This document shows, one piece after another, positions 16,901 through 33,700 of a DNA stretch of 64,000 nucleotides. A program made the position numbers and the translations under genes. The notes under the pieces are model-generated. The model was not told the origin of the DNA. It worked only from the letters and a program-made list of their open reading frames with translations, and ran no database searches. Source of the DNA: Eledone cirrhosa. Its lineage: Eukaryota. How positions within the stretch are numbered: position 1 is the stretch's first letter; every line of letters starts with the position of its first letter. The stretch is taken from assembly GCA_964016885.1 (NCBI GenBank), contig OZ024743.1, forward strand, positions 353,958,001-354,022,000, written 5' to 3'.

Positions 16901-19900
16901 CCAACAGACCACCATTACAACCACCACCACCACCAACAGACCACCACTAGAACCACTTACAACACCAACAGACCACCGTTACAACCAATAACAACACTAA
17001 CAGGCCACCAATAGAAGCACTACCAACACCAACAGATCACCAATACAACCACTAACAACACCAACAGACCACCAATACAACCACTAACAACACCAACAGA
17101 TCACCAACACAACCACTAACAACACCAACAGACGACCATTACAACCACTAACAACACCAACAGACCACCATTTCAACCACTAACAGCACCAACATACCAC
17201 CAATAGAACCACTTACAACACCAACAGACCACCATTACAACCAATAACAACACTAACAAACCACCAATAGAACCACTAACAACACCAACAGACCACCATT
17301 ACGACCACCACCACCACCAACAGACCACCAATAGAACCACTAACAACACCAACAGAGCGCCATTACCACCACTAACAACACCAACAGACCAACAAAACAA
17401 CCACTACCAACACCAACAGACCACCATTACAACCACTAACAACACCAGCAGACCACCAATACAACCACTAACAACACAAACCGACTACCAATACAACCAC
17501 TACCAACACCAACAGACCACCATTACAACCACCACCACCACCAACAGACCACCAATAGAACCACTAACAACACCAACAGAGCGCCATTACCACCACTAAC
17601 AACACCATGAGTCCATCATTACAACCACTAACAACACCAACAGCCCACCATTACTACCACTACAACACCAACAGACCACCAATACAACCATCAATACAAC
17701 CACTAACAACACCAACAGACCACCATTACACCACCACCACCACCACCACCACCAATAGAATACCAATACAACCACTAACAACACCAATAGACCACCATTA
17801 CAACCACTAACCACGCCAACAGACCACCAATACAACCACTACCAACACTAACAGACCCCCAACACAACCACTAACATCACCAACAGACCAGTATTACTAC
17901 CACTAACAACACCAACAGACCACCAATACAATCTCTATCAATACCAACAGACCACCATTACAACCACTAACAACAACAACAGACCACCATTACAACCACT
18001 AACACCCCCAACAGACCACCAAAACAAACACTAACAACACCAACAGACCACCATTACCACCACTAACAACACAAAAAGACCCCCAATAAATCTACTAACA
18101 CCAAAAGACAATCAATACAACAACTACCAACACGAACAGACCACCAATAGAACCACTTATAACACCAACAGACGAACAATACAATCACTAACAACACCAA
18201 CAGACCAACATTACAACCACTAACTACACCAATACAACCATCAATACAACCACTAACAACAACAACAGACCACCAATACAACAACTAACAACACCAACAG
18301 ACCACCATTACTACCACTAAAAAACCAACAGACCACCAATACAACCATCAATACAACCACTAACAACACCAACAGACCACCAATGCAACCACTAACAACA
18401 CCAACAGACCACCATTACAACCACTAACTACACCAGCAGACCACCAATACAATCATTAACAACATTAATAGACCACCATTACAAGCACAACCACACACAA
18501 ACAGACCACCAACACAACCAATAACAACACCAACAGACCAGAGTTACAACCACTAACAACACTAACAGACCACCAATACAACCACTAACAACACCAATAG
18601 ACCACAATTACAACCACTAACAAAACGCACAGACAACCAATACAACCACTAACAACACCAATAGACCACATATTACAACCACACACAAACAGACCACCAA
18701 CACAACCACGAACAACACCAACAGACCACCATTACAACCACTAATAACACCAACAGCCACCAATACAACCATCAATAAAACCACTAAGAACACCAACAGA
18801 CCACCAATACAACTACTAACAACACCAACAGACCACCATTAGTCCACGACCACCACATACAGACCATCAATACAACCACTAACAACACCAGCAGACCACC
18901 ATTACAACCACTTACAACACCAGCAGACCACCAATACAACCACTAACAACACCAACAGACGACCACCACAACCACTAACAACACCAATAGACCTTCATTA
19001 CAACCACTAACAACACAAACCAACTACCAATACAACCATTAACAGCACCAGTAGAACACCATTACCACCACTAACAACACCGTGACACCACCATTATAGC
19101 ACTAACAACACAAACAGACCACCATTACTACCACTACAACAGCAACGGACCACCAATACAACCATCAATACAACCACTAACAACACCAACATACCCCCAT
19201 TACTACCACTACGACACCAACAGACAACCAATACAACCATCAATTCAACCACTAACAACACCAATAGACCACCATTACAAGCACTAACTACACCAGCAGA
19301 CCACCATTGCAACCACTAACACCACCAACAGACCACCATTACAACCACTACCAACACCAACAGACCACCATGTCAACCACTAACAACACCAACATACCAC
19401 CATTACAACCACTAACAACACTAACAGACCAACAATAGAACCACTACCAACACCAACAGACCACCAATACAACCACTAACAACACCAACAGACCAACATT
19501 GCCACCACTCACAACACCCAACAGACCACCATTACAACCACTAACAACACCAACAGACCACCAATACAACCTCTAACAACACCAACAGACCACCATTACA
19601 AGCACTAACAACACCAACAGACTACCATTACAACCACTAACAACACACAACAGACCACCATTACAACGACTACCAACACCAACAGACCACCAATAAAAAC
19701 ACTAACAACACCAACAGACCAACATTACAACCACAACCAACACCAACAGACCACCATTACAACCACTACCAACACCAAGAGACCACCATTACAACCACTA
19801 CCAACACCAACAGACCACCATTACAACCACTACCAACACCAACAGACAACCATTACAACCACCACCACCACCAACAGACCACCATTACAACCACTAACAA

Positions 19901-22900
19901 CACCAACAGGCCACCATAACAACCACTACCGTCACTAACAGACCACCATTACAACCATTAAGAACAGCAACAGACCACCATTACAACAACTAAAAAACCA
20001 ACAGACCAACATTACAACCACCACCACTACCAACAGACCACCAATACAACCACTAACAACACCAACAGACCACCAATACAACCACTACCAACACCAACAG
20101 ACCAACATTACAACCACCACCACCACCACCAACAGACCACCAATACAACCACTAACAACACCAACAGACCACCAATACAACCACTAACAACACCAACAGA
20201 GCACCATTAGAACCAATTCCAACACCATCAGACAACCATTACAACCACTACCAACACCAACAGACCACCATTACAACCACTAACAACACCAACAGGCCAC
20301 CATAACAACCACTACCGTCACTAACAGACCACCATTACAACCATTAAGAACAGCAACAGACCACCATTACAACCACTACCAACACCAACAGGCCACCAAT
20401 ACAACCACCACCACCACCAACAGACCACCAATAGAACCACTAACAACACCAACAGACCACCATTACAACCACTACCAACACCAATAGACCACCATTACAA
20501 CCATCACCACCACCAACAGACCACAAAATAGAACCATTAACAACACCAACAGACCACCATTACTACCACTACAACACCAACAGACCACCAATACAACCAT
20601 CAATACAACCACTAACAACACCAACAGACCACCTTTACAAACACTAACAACACCAATAGACCACCATTACCACCATTAACAACACCAACAGTCGACCATT
20701 ACAAACACTAACAACACCAACAGACCACCATTACAACCACTAACAACACCAACAGAACACCAATAGAACCACTAACAACATCAACAGACCAGTATTACAA
20801 TCACTAACAACACCAACAGCCCATCATTACAACCACTACCAACACCAACAGTCCACCATTACAAACACCACCACCACCAACAGACCAAAAATAGACCCAC
20901 TAACAACACCAACAGACCACCAATAGAACCACTAACAACATCAATCGAACCACCATTACAACCACCTCCACAACCACCACCACCACCAACAGACCACCAA
21001 TACAATCACTAACAACACCAACAGACCACCTTACATCCACTAACAACACCAACAGTCAACCATTACAACCACTAACATCACCCAACAGACCACCATTACA
21101 TCCACTACCAACACCAACAGACCACCATTACAACCACTACCAACACCAACAGACCACCAATACAACCACTAACAACACCAACAGACTACCATTACAACCA
21201 CTAACAACACCCAACACACCACCAATACAACCACTAACAACACTAACACACCACCATTACAACCACTACCAACACCAACAGACCACCAATACAACCACTA
21301 CCAAAACCAACAGACCACCAATACAACCACTACCAACACCAACTGACCACCATTACAACCACCACCACAAACAACAGAACACCATTACAACCACTAACAT
21401 ACCCAACAGACCACCATTACAACCACAAACAACACCAACAGACCACCATTACAACCACTAACAACTCCAACGGACCACCATTACAACCACTACCAACACC
21501 AACAGCCCACCATTACAACCACTACCAAAACCAACAGACCACCATTACAACCACCAAAACCACCAACACCACCAACAGACCACCAATAGAACCACTAACA
21601 ACACCAACAGACCACCATTACAACCACTACCAACATCAACATCCAACATTACAACCACCACCAACAGACCACCAATACAACCACTAACAACACCAGCAGA
21701 CCACCAATACAACCACTAATAACACCAACAGACCACCATTAGAACCACTTCCAACACCAACAGACAACCATTACAACCACTAACAACTGCCAAGAGACCA
21801 CTAATACAACCACTAACAACACCAACAGACCACCATTACAACCACTAACAACACCCAACACCCCACCATTACAACCACTACCAACACCAACAGACCACCA
21901 ATACAATCACTAACAACACCAACAGACCACCAATACAACAACTAACAACACCAACAGACCACCAATACAACCACTAACAACACCAACAGCCCACCCTTAC
22001 AACAACTATCAACACCAACAAACAACCATTACAACCACTACCAACACCAAGAGACCACCATTACAACAACCACCACCACCAACAGACCACCAATAGAACC
22101 GCTAACAACACCAACAGACCACCAATACAACCACTACCAACACCAACAGACCACCATTACAACCACTAACAACACCAACAGACCACCATTACCACCACTA
22201 ACAACACCAACAGACCACCATTACAACCACTAATAACACCAACAGACCACCAATACAACCACTAACAACACCAACAGACCACCATTACAACCACTAACAA
22301 CACCAACAGATCACCATTACAACTACCAGCACCACTAACAGACCACCGATAGAACCACTAACACCACCAACAGACCAGCATTACAACCACTAAGAACACC
22401 AATAGACCACCATTACCACCACTAACATCACCAACAGACCACCATTACAACCACTACCAGCACCAATAAACCACCATTAACACCACTAACAACACCAACA
22501 GACCACCAATACAAAGACTAACAACACCAACAGACCACACTTACAACCACCACCACCACCAACAGACCACCAATAGAACCACTTACTTCCCCTACAGACC
22601 ACCATTACAACCATTAACAACACCAACAGACCACCATTACAACCACTAACAACACCAACAGACCACCAATACAACCACTAACAAAACCAACAGACCACCA
22701 CTTCAACCACTAACAGCACCAACAGACCACCAATAGAACCACTTACAACACCAACAGACGACCATTACAACCAATAACAACACTAACAGACCACCATTAC
22801 AACCACTACCAACACCAACAGACCACAATACAACCACTAACAACACCAACAGACCACTATTTAAACCACTAACAGCACCAACAGACCACCATTACCACCA

Positions 22901-25900
22901 CTAACAACACCCAACAGACCACCATTACAACCAATAACAACACCCAAGAGACCACCAAGACAACCACTAACAACACCAACAGACCACCAATACAACCTCT
23001 AACAACACCAGCAGACCACCAATACAACCACTAACAACACCAACAGACCACCATTACAACCACCACCACCACCAACAGACCACCAATACAACCACTAACA
23101 ACACCAGCAGACCACCAATACAACCACTTCCAACACCAACAGACAACCATTACAACCACTAACAACTGCCAAGAGACCACCAATACAACCACTAACAACA
23201 CCAACAGACCACCAATAGAACCACTACCAACACAAACAGACCACCAATACAACCACTAACAACACCAACAAACAACAATTACAACCACTACCACCACCAA
23301 CAGACCACCATTACAACCACTAACAACACCCAACACTCCACCATTACAACCACTACCAACACCAACAGACCACCAATAGAACCACTAACAACACAAACAG
23401 ACCACCAATACAACCACTAACAACACCAACAGACCACCATTTACCACCACTAACAACACCAACAGACCACCATTACAACCACTAATAACACCAACAGACC
23501 ACCATTACAACCACTAACAACACCCAACACACCACCAAAACAACCACTAACAACACCAACAGACCACCATTACAACCACTAACAACACCAACAGATCACC
23601 ATTACAACCACCAGCACCACTAACAGACCTCCGATAGAACCACTAACAACACCAACAGACCAGCATTACAACCACTAACAACACCAATAGCCCACCATTA
23701 CCACCACTAACATCACCAACAGACCAACATTACAACCACTACCAACACCAAGAGACCACCATTACGACAACCACCACCACCAACAGACAACCAATAGAAC
23801 CATTAACAACACCAACAGACCACCAATACAACCACTAACAACACCATTACAACCACTAACAGCACCCAACACACCACCAATACAACCACCAGCACCACCA
23901 ACAGACCACCGATAGAACCACTAACACCACCACCAGACCACCATTAAAACCACCACCACAACCAACAGACCACCAATAGAATCACTACCAACACCAACAG
24001 ACCAGCATTACAACCACTAACAACACCAATAGACCACCATTACCACCACTAACATCACCCACAGTCCACCATTACAACCACTACCAACACCAATAAACCA
24101 CCATTACCACCACTAACGACACCAACAGACCACCATCACAACCACTAACAACACCAACAGTCCACCATTACCACCATTAACAACACCCAACAGACCACCA
24201 ATACAAACACTAACAACACCAACAGTCCACCAATACGACCACCACCACCACCAACAGACCAAAAATAGAACCACTAACAACACCAACAGACCACGCTTAC
24301 AACCACCACCACCACCACCACCAACAGACCACCAATAGAACCACTACCAACACCTACAGACCACCATTACAACCACTAACAACACCAACAGACCACCATT
24401 ACAACCATTAACAACACCAACAGACCACCATTACAACCACTACCAACACCAACAGACCACCAATACAACCACTAACAACACCAACATATCACCATTACAA
24501 CCACTAACAACACCAACAGACCACCATTACAACCACTAACAACACCAACAGACCAGCATTACAACACTAACAACACCAACAGACCACCATTACAACCAAT
24601 AACAACACCAACAGACCACCATTACAACCACTAACAACACCAATAGACAACCAATACCAGCACTAACAACACCATTAGACCACCATTAAAACCACTAACA
24701 TCACCAACAGACCACCAATACAACCACTAACAACACCAACAGACTACCAATACAATCACTAACAACACCAACAGACCACCATTACAACCACTACCAACAC
24801 CAAGAGACCTCCATTACAACCACCACCACCATCTACAGACCACCAATAGAATAACTAACAACACCAACAGACCACCATTACAACCACTAACAACACCAAC
24901 AGACCACCAATACAACCACTACCAACACCAACAGACCACCATTACAACCACAAACAACACCAACAGACCAGCATTACAACCACTAACAACACCAACAGAC
25001 CACCATTACAAACACTACCAACACCAACAGACCACCATTACAACCACCAACACCACCAACAGACCACCAATAGAACCACTAACGACTCCAACAGACCACC
25101 ATTACAACCACTAACAACACCAACAGACCAGCATTACAACACTCACAACACCAACAGACCACCATTACAACCACTAACAACACCAACAGACCACCATTAC
25201 AACCACTAACAACACCAATAGACCACCATTACCAGCACTAACAACACCAACAGACCACCATTACAACCACTAATAACACCAATAGACCACCATTACAACC
25301 ACTAACAACACCAACAGACCAGCATTACAACACTAACAACACCAACAGACAACCATTACAACCACTAACAACACCAACAGACCACCATTACAACCACTAA
25401 CAACACCAACAGACCAGCATTACAACACTAACAACACCAACAGTCCACCATTAAAACCACTAACAACACCAACAGACCACCATTACAACCACTAACAACA
25501 CCAATAGACCACCAATACCAGCACTAACAACACCAACAGACCACCATTACAACCACTAACAACACCAATAGACCACCAATACCAGCACTAACAACACCAA
25601 CAGACCACCAATACAACCACTAACAACACCAACAGACTACCAATACAATCACTAACAACACCAACAGACCTCCATTACAACCACCACCACCATCTACAGA
25701 CCACCAATAGAACAACTAACAACACCAACAGACCACCAATACAACCACTACCAACACCAACTGACCACCATTACAACCACCACCACCACCAACAGAACAC
25801 CATTACAACCACTAACAAACCCAACAGACCACCATTAAAACCACAAACAACACCAACATACCACCATTACAACCACTACCAACACCACCAGACCACCATT

Positions 25901-28900
25901 ACAACCACTACCAACACCAACAGCCCACCATTACAACCACTACCAACACCAACAGACCACCATTACAACCACTACCAACACCAACTGACCACCATTACAA
26001 CCACCACCACCACCAACAAAACACCATTACAACCACTAACATACCCAACCGACCACCATTACAACCACAAACAACACCAACAGGCCACCATTACAACCAC
26101 TAACAACACTAACAGACCACCATTACAACCACTACCAACACCAACAGCCCACCATTACAACCACTACCCACACCAACAGACCACCATTACAACCACCAAC
26201 ACAACCAACAGACCACCAATAGAACCACTAACAACACCAACAGACCACCATTACAACCACTACCAACATCAACAGACCAACATTACAACCACCACCACAA
26301 CACCAACAGACCAGCATTACAACACTCACAACACCAACAGACCACCATTACAACCACTAACAACACCAACAGACCACCATTACAACCACTAACAACACCA
26401 ATAGACCACCATTACCAGCACTAACAATACCAACAGACCACCATTACAATCACTAATAACACCAACAGACCACCATTACAAACACTAACAATACCAACAA
26501 CCAGCATTACAACACTAACAACACCAACAGACAACCATTACAACCACTAACAACACCAACAGACCACCATTACAACCACTAACAACACCAACAGACCAGC
26601 ATTACAACACTAACAACACCAACAGACCACCATTACAACCACTAACAACACCAACACACCACCATTACAACCACTAACAACACCAATAGACCACCAAAAC
26701 CAGCACTAACAACACCAACAGACCACCATTACAACCACTAACAACACCAATAGACCACCAATACCACCACTAACAACACCAACAGACCACCAATACAACC
26801 ACTAACAACACCAACAGACTACCAATACAATCACTAACAACACCAACAGACCACCATTACAACCACTACCAACACCAACAGACCTCCATTACAACCACCA
26901 CCACCATCTACAGACTACCAATAGAACAACTAACAACACCAACAGACCACCTATACAACCACTAACAACACCAACAGACTACCAATACAATCACTAACAA
27001 CACCAACAGACCACCATTACAACCACTAACAACACCAACACACCACCATTACAACCACCAACAACACCAATAGACCACCATTACCAGCACTAACAACACC
27101 AACAGACCACCAATACAACCACTACCAACACCAACAGACCACCATTACAACCACTACCAACACCAACTGACCACCATTACAACCACCACCACCACCAACA
27201 GAACACCATTACAACCACTAACATACCCAACAGACCACCATTACAACCACAAACAACACCAACAGACCACCATTACAACCACTAGCAACACCAACAGACC
27301 ACCATTACAACGACTAACAAAACCAACAGACCACCATTACAACCACTACCAACAATAACAGACCACCATTACAACCACTAACAACACCACCAGACCACCA
27401 TTACAACCACTACCAACACCAACAGCCCACCATTACAACCACTACCAACACCAACAGACCACCATTACAACCACTACCAACACCAACAGCCCACCATTAC
27501 AACCACTACCCACACCAACAGACCACCATTACAACCACCAACACAACCAACAGACCACCAATAGAACCACTAACAACACCAACAGACCACCATTACAACC
27601 ACTACCAACATCAACAGACCAACATTACAACCACCACCACAACACCAACAGACCAACCATTACAACCACTACCAACACCTACAGACCACCATTACAACCA
27701 CTAACAACACCAACAGACCACCATTACAACCACTAACACCACCAACACCAACAGACCTCCATTACAACCACCACCACCATCTACAGACCACCAATAGAAC
27801 AACTAACAAAACCAACAGACCACCAATACAACCACTACCAACACCAACAGACCACCATTACAACCACTACCAACACCAACTGACCACCATTACAACCACC
27901 ACCAACACCAACAGAACACCATTACAACCACTACCAACACCAACAGACCTCCATTACAACCACCACCACCATCTACAGACCACCAATAGAACAACTAACA
28001 ACACCAACAGACCACCAATACAACCACTACCAACACCAACAGACCACCATTACAACCACTACCAACACCAACTGACCACAATTACAACCACCACCACCAC
28101 CAACAGAACACCATTACAACCACTAACATACCCAACAGACCACCATTACAACCACAAACAACACCAACATACCACCATTACTACCACTAACAACACCACC
28201 AGACCACCCGTACAACCACTACCAACACCAACAGCCCACCATTACAACCACTACCAACACCAACAGACCACCATTACAACCACCAATACCACCAAAAGAC
28301 CACCAATAGAACCACTAACAACACCAACAGACCACCATTAAAACCACTACCAACATCAACAGACCAACATTACAACCACCACAACCACCAACAGACCACC
28401 AATACAACCACTAACGACACCAGCAGACCACCAATACAACCACTAACAACACCAACAGACCAGCATTACAACACTAACAACACCAACAGACCACCATTAC
28501 AACCACTAACAACACTAACAGACCACCATTACAACCACTAACAACACCAACAGACCAGCATTACAACACTAACAACACCAACAGACCACCATTACAACCA
28601 ATAACAACACCAACAAACAACCATTACAACCACTAACAACACCAATAGACCACCAATAGCAGCACTAACAACACCATTAGACCACCATTAAAACCACTAA
28701 CATCACCAACAGACCACCAATACAACCACTAACAACACCAACAGACTACCAATAGAATCACTAACAACACCAACAGACCACCATTACAACCACTACCAAC
28801 ACCAAGAGACCTCTATTACAACCACCACCACCATCTACAGACCACCAATAGAATAACTAACAACACCAACAGACCACCATTACAACCACAAACAACACCA

Positions 28901-30720
28901 ACAGACCAGCATTACAACCACTAACAACACCAACAGACCACCATTACAACCACCAACACCACCAACAGACCACCAATAGAACCACTAACAACACCAACAG
29001 ACCACCATTACAACCACTAACAACACCAACAGACCAGCATTACAACACTCACAACACCAACAGACCACAATTACAACCACTAACAACACCAACAGACCAC
29101 CATTACAACCACTAACAACACCAATAGACCACCATTACCAGCACTAACAACACCAACAGACCACCATTACAATCACTAATAACACCAACAGACCACCATT
29201 ACAACCACTAACAACACCAACAACCAGCATTACAACACTAACAACACCAACAGACAACCATTACAACCATTAACAACACCAACAGACCACCATTACAACC
29301 ACTAACAACACCAACAGACCAGCATTACAACACTAACAACACCAACAGACCACCATTACAACCACTAACAACACCAACAGACCACCATTACAACCACTAA
29401 CAACACCAACAGACCAGCATTACAACCACTAACAACACCAACAGACCAGCATTACAACACTAACAACACCAACAGACCACCATTACAACCACTAACAACA
29501 CCAAGAGACCACCATTACAACCACTAACAACACAAACAGACCACCATTACAACCACTAACAACACCAACAGACCACCATTACAACCACTAACAACACCAA
29601 CAGACCAGCATTACAACACTAACAACACCAACAGACCACCATTACAACCACTAACAACACCAACAGACCACCATTACAACCACTAACAACACCAATAGAC
29701 CACCAATACTAGCACTAACAACACCAACAGACCACCATTACAACCACTAACATCACCAACAGACCACCAATACAACCACTACCAACAAGAGGCCTCCATT
29801 ACAACCACCACCACCGTCTACAGACCACCAATAGAACAACTAACAACACCAACAGACCACCAATACAACCACTACCAACACCAACAGACCTCCATTACAA
29901 CCACCACCACCATCTACAGACTACCAATAGAACAACTAACAACACCAACAGACCACCAATACAACCACTACCAACACCAACAGACCACCATTACAACCAC
30001 TACCAACACCAACTGACCACCATTACAACCACCACCACCACCAACAGAACACCATTACAACCACTAACATATCCAACAGACCACCATTACAACCACAAAC
30101 AACACCAACAGACCACCATTACAACCACTAGCAACACCAACAGACCACCATTACAACGACTAACAAAACCAACAGACCACCATTACAACCACTACCAACA
30201 ATAACAGACCACCATTAAAACCACTAACAACACAAACAGACCACCATTACAACCACTACCAACTCCAACAGACGACCATTACAACCACTAACAACACCAA
30301 CAGACCACCATTACAACAAACTACCAACACCAACAAACCACCATTACAACCACCACCACCACCAACAGACCAAAAATAGAACCATTAACAACACCAACAG
30401 ACCACCAATACAACCACTAACAACACCAACAGACCACAATTACAACCACTACCAACACCAACATACCACCATTACAACCACTACCAACACCAACAGACCA
30501 CCATTACCACCACTAACAACACCCAACACATCACCATTACAATCACTAACAACACACAAGAGACCACCAATACAACCGCTAACAGCACCAACAGACCACC
30601 AATACAACCATTACCAACACCAACAGACCACCATTACAACCACTAACAAAACCAACAGAGCACCATTACAACCACTACCAACACCAACAGACAACCATTG
30701 CAACCACTACCAACACCAAC

Positions 30721-33700
30721 AGACCACCATTACAACCATTAACAACACCAACAGACCACCAATAGAACACTACCAACACCAACCGACCAACAATACAACC
30801 ACTAACAACACCAACAGACCACCATTGCAACCACTACCAACACCAACAGACCACCATTACAACAATTACCAACACCAACAGACCACCATTACAACAACTA
30901 ACAACACCAACAGACCACCATTACAACCACCAACAACACTAACAGACCACCATTACAACCACTAACAACACCAACAGACCACCATTACAACCACTACCAA
31001 CACCAACAGCCCACCATTACAACCACTACCAACACCAACAAACCACCATTACAACCACCAACACAACCAACAGACCACCAATAGAACCACTAACAACACC
31101 AACAGACCACCATTACAACCACTACCAACACCAACAGACCTCCATTACAACCACCACCACCATCTACAGACCACCAATAGAACAACTAACAACACCAACA
31201 GACCACCAATACAACCACTACCAACACCAACAGACCACCATTACAACCACTACCAACACCAACTGACCACCATTACAACCACCACCACCACCAACAGAAC
31301 ACCATTACAACCACTAACATACCCAACAGACCACCATTACAACCACAAACAACACCAACATACCACCATTACTACCACTAACAACACCACCAGACCACCA
31401 TTACAACCACTACCAACACCAACAGCCCACCATTACAACCACTACCAACACCAACAGACCACCATTACAACCACCAACACCACCAAAAGACCACCAATAG
31501 TACCACTAACAACACCAACAGACCACCATTAAAACCACTACCAACATCAACAGACCAACATTACAACCACCACCACCACCACCAACAGACCACCAATACA
31601 ACCACTAACGACACCAGCAGACCACCAATACAACCACTAACAACACCAACAGACCAGCATTACAACACTAACAACACCAACAGACCACCATTACAACCAC
31701 TAACAACACCAACAGACCACCATTACAACCACTAACAACACCAACAGACCAGCATTACAACACTAACAACACCAAAAGACCACCATTACAACCAATAACA
31801 ACACCAACAGACCACCATTACAACCACTAACAACACCAATAGACCACCAATAGCAGCACTAACAACACCATTAGACCACCATTAAAACCACTAACATCAC
31901 CAACAGACCACCAATACAACCACTAACAACACCAACAGACTACCAATACAATCACTAACAACACCAACAGACCACCATTACAACCACTACCAACACCAAG
32001 AGACCTCCATTACAACCACCACCACCATCTACAGACCACCAATAGAATAACTAACAACAACAACAGACCACCATTACAACCACTAACAACACCAACAGAC
32101 CACCAATACAACCACTACCAACACCAACAGACCACCATTACAACCACAAACAACACCAACAGACCAGCATTACAACCACTAACAACACCAACAGACCACC
32201 ATTACAACCACCAACACCACCAACAGACCACCAATAGAACCACTAACAACACCAACAGACCACCATTACAACCACTAACAACACCAACAGACCAGCATTA
32301 CAACACTCACAACACCAACAGACCACCATTACAACCACTAACAACACCAACAGACCACCATTACAACCACTAACAACACCAATAGACCACCATTACCAGC
32401 ACTAACAACACCAACAGACCACCATTACAATCACTAATAACACCAACAGACCACCATTACAACCACTAACAACACCAACAACCAGCATTACAACACTAAC
32501 AACACCAACAGACAACCATTACAACCACTAACAACACCAACAGACCACCATTACAACCACTAACAACACCAACAGACCAGCATTACAACACTAACAACAC
32601 CAACAGACCACCATTACAACCACTAACAACACCAACAGACCACCATTACAACCACTAACAACACCAATAGACCACCAAAACCAGCACTAACAACACCAAC
32701 AGACCACCATTACAACCACTAACAACACCAATAGACCACCAATACCACCACTAACAACACCAACAGACCACCAATACAACCACTAACAACACCAACAGAC
32801 TACCAATACAATCACTAACAACACCAACAGACCACCATTACAACCACTACCAACACCAACAGACCTCCATTACAACCACCACCACCATCTACAGACCACC
32901 AATAGAACAACTAACAACACCAACAGACCACCAATACAACCACTACCAACACCAACAGACCACCATTACAACCACTACCAACACCAACTGACCACCATTA
33001 CAACCACCACCACCACCAACAGAACACCATTACAACCACTAACATACCCAACAGACCACCATTACAACCACAAACAACACCAACATACCACCATTACAAC
33101 CACTAACAACACCACCAGACCACCATTACAACCACTACCAACACCAACAGCCCACCATTACAACCACTACCAACACCAACAGACCACAATTACAACCACT
33201 ACCAACACCAACTGACCACCATTACAACCACCACCACCACCAACAAAACACCATTACAACCACTAACATACCCAAAAGACCACCATTACAACCACAAACA
33301 ACACCAACAGACCACCATTACAACCACTAGCAACACCAACAGACCACCATTACAACGACTAACAAAACCAACAGACCACCATTACAACCACTACCAACAA
33401 TAACAGACCACCATTAAAACCACTAACAACACAAACAGACCACCATTACAACCACTACCAACACCAACAGACGAACATTACAACCACTAACAACACCAAC
33501 AGACCACCATTACAACAAACTACCAACACCAACAAACCACCATTACAACCACTAGCAACAGACCAAAAATAGAACCATTAACAACACCAACAGACCATCA
33601 ATACAACCACTAACAACACCAACAGACCACAATTACAACCACTACCAACACCAACATACCACCATTACAACCACTACCAACACCAACAGACCACCATTAC

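Larger units (their letters stand above)
5855..19820. repeat. Higher-order tandem duplication of about 6.8 kb (copy 1 about 5855-12628, copy 2 about 12629-19463, partial third copy about 19464-19820)
   Basis: Landmark TTGCCACCACTCAC at 5890/12664/19499. Nine ORF pairs are duplicated with offsets 6774, 6771, 6739 and 6835 (e.g. 6340/13114, 7807/14578, 9967/16706, 12259/19094). Confidence 0.95.
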
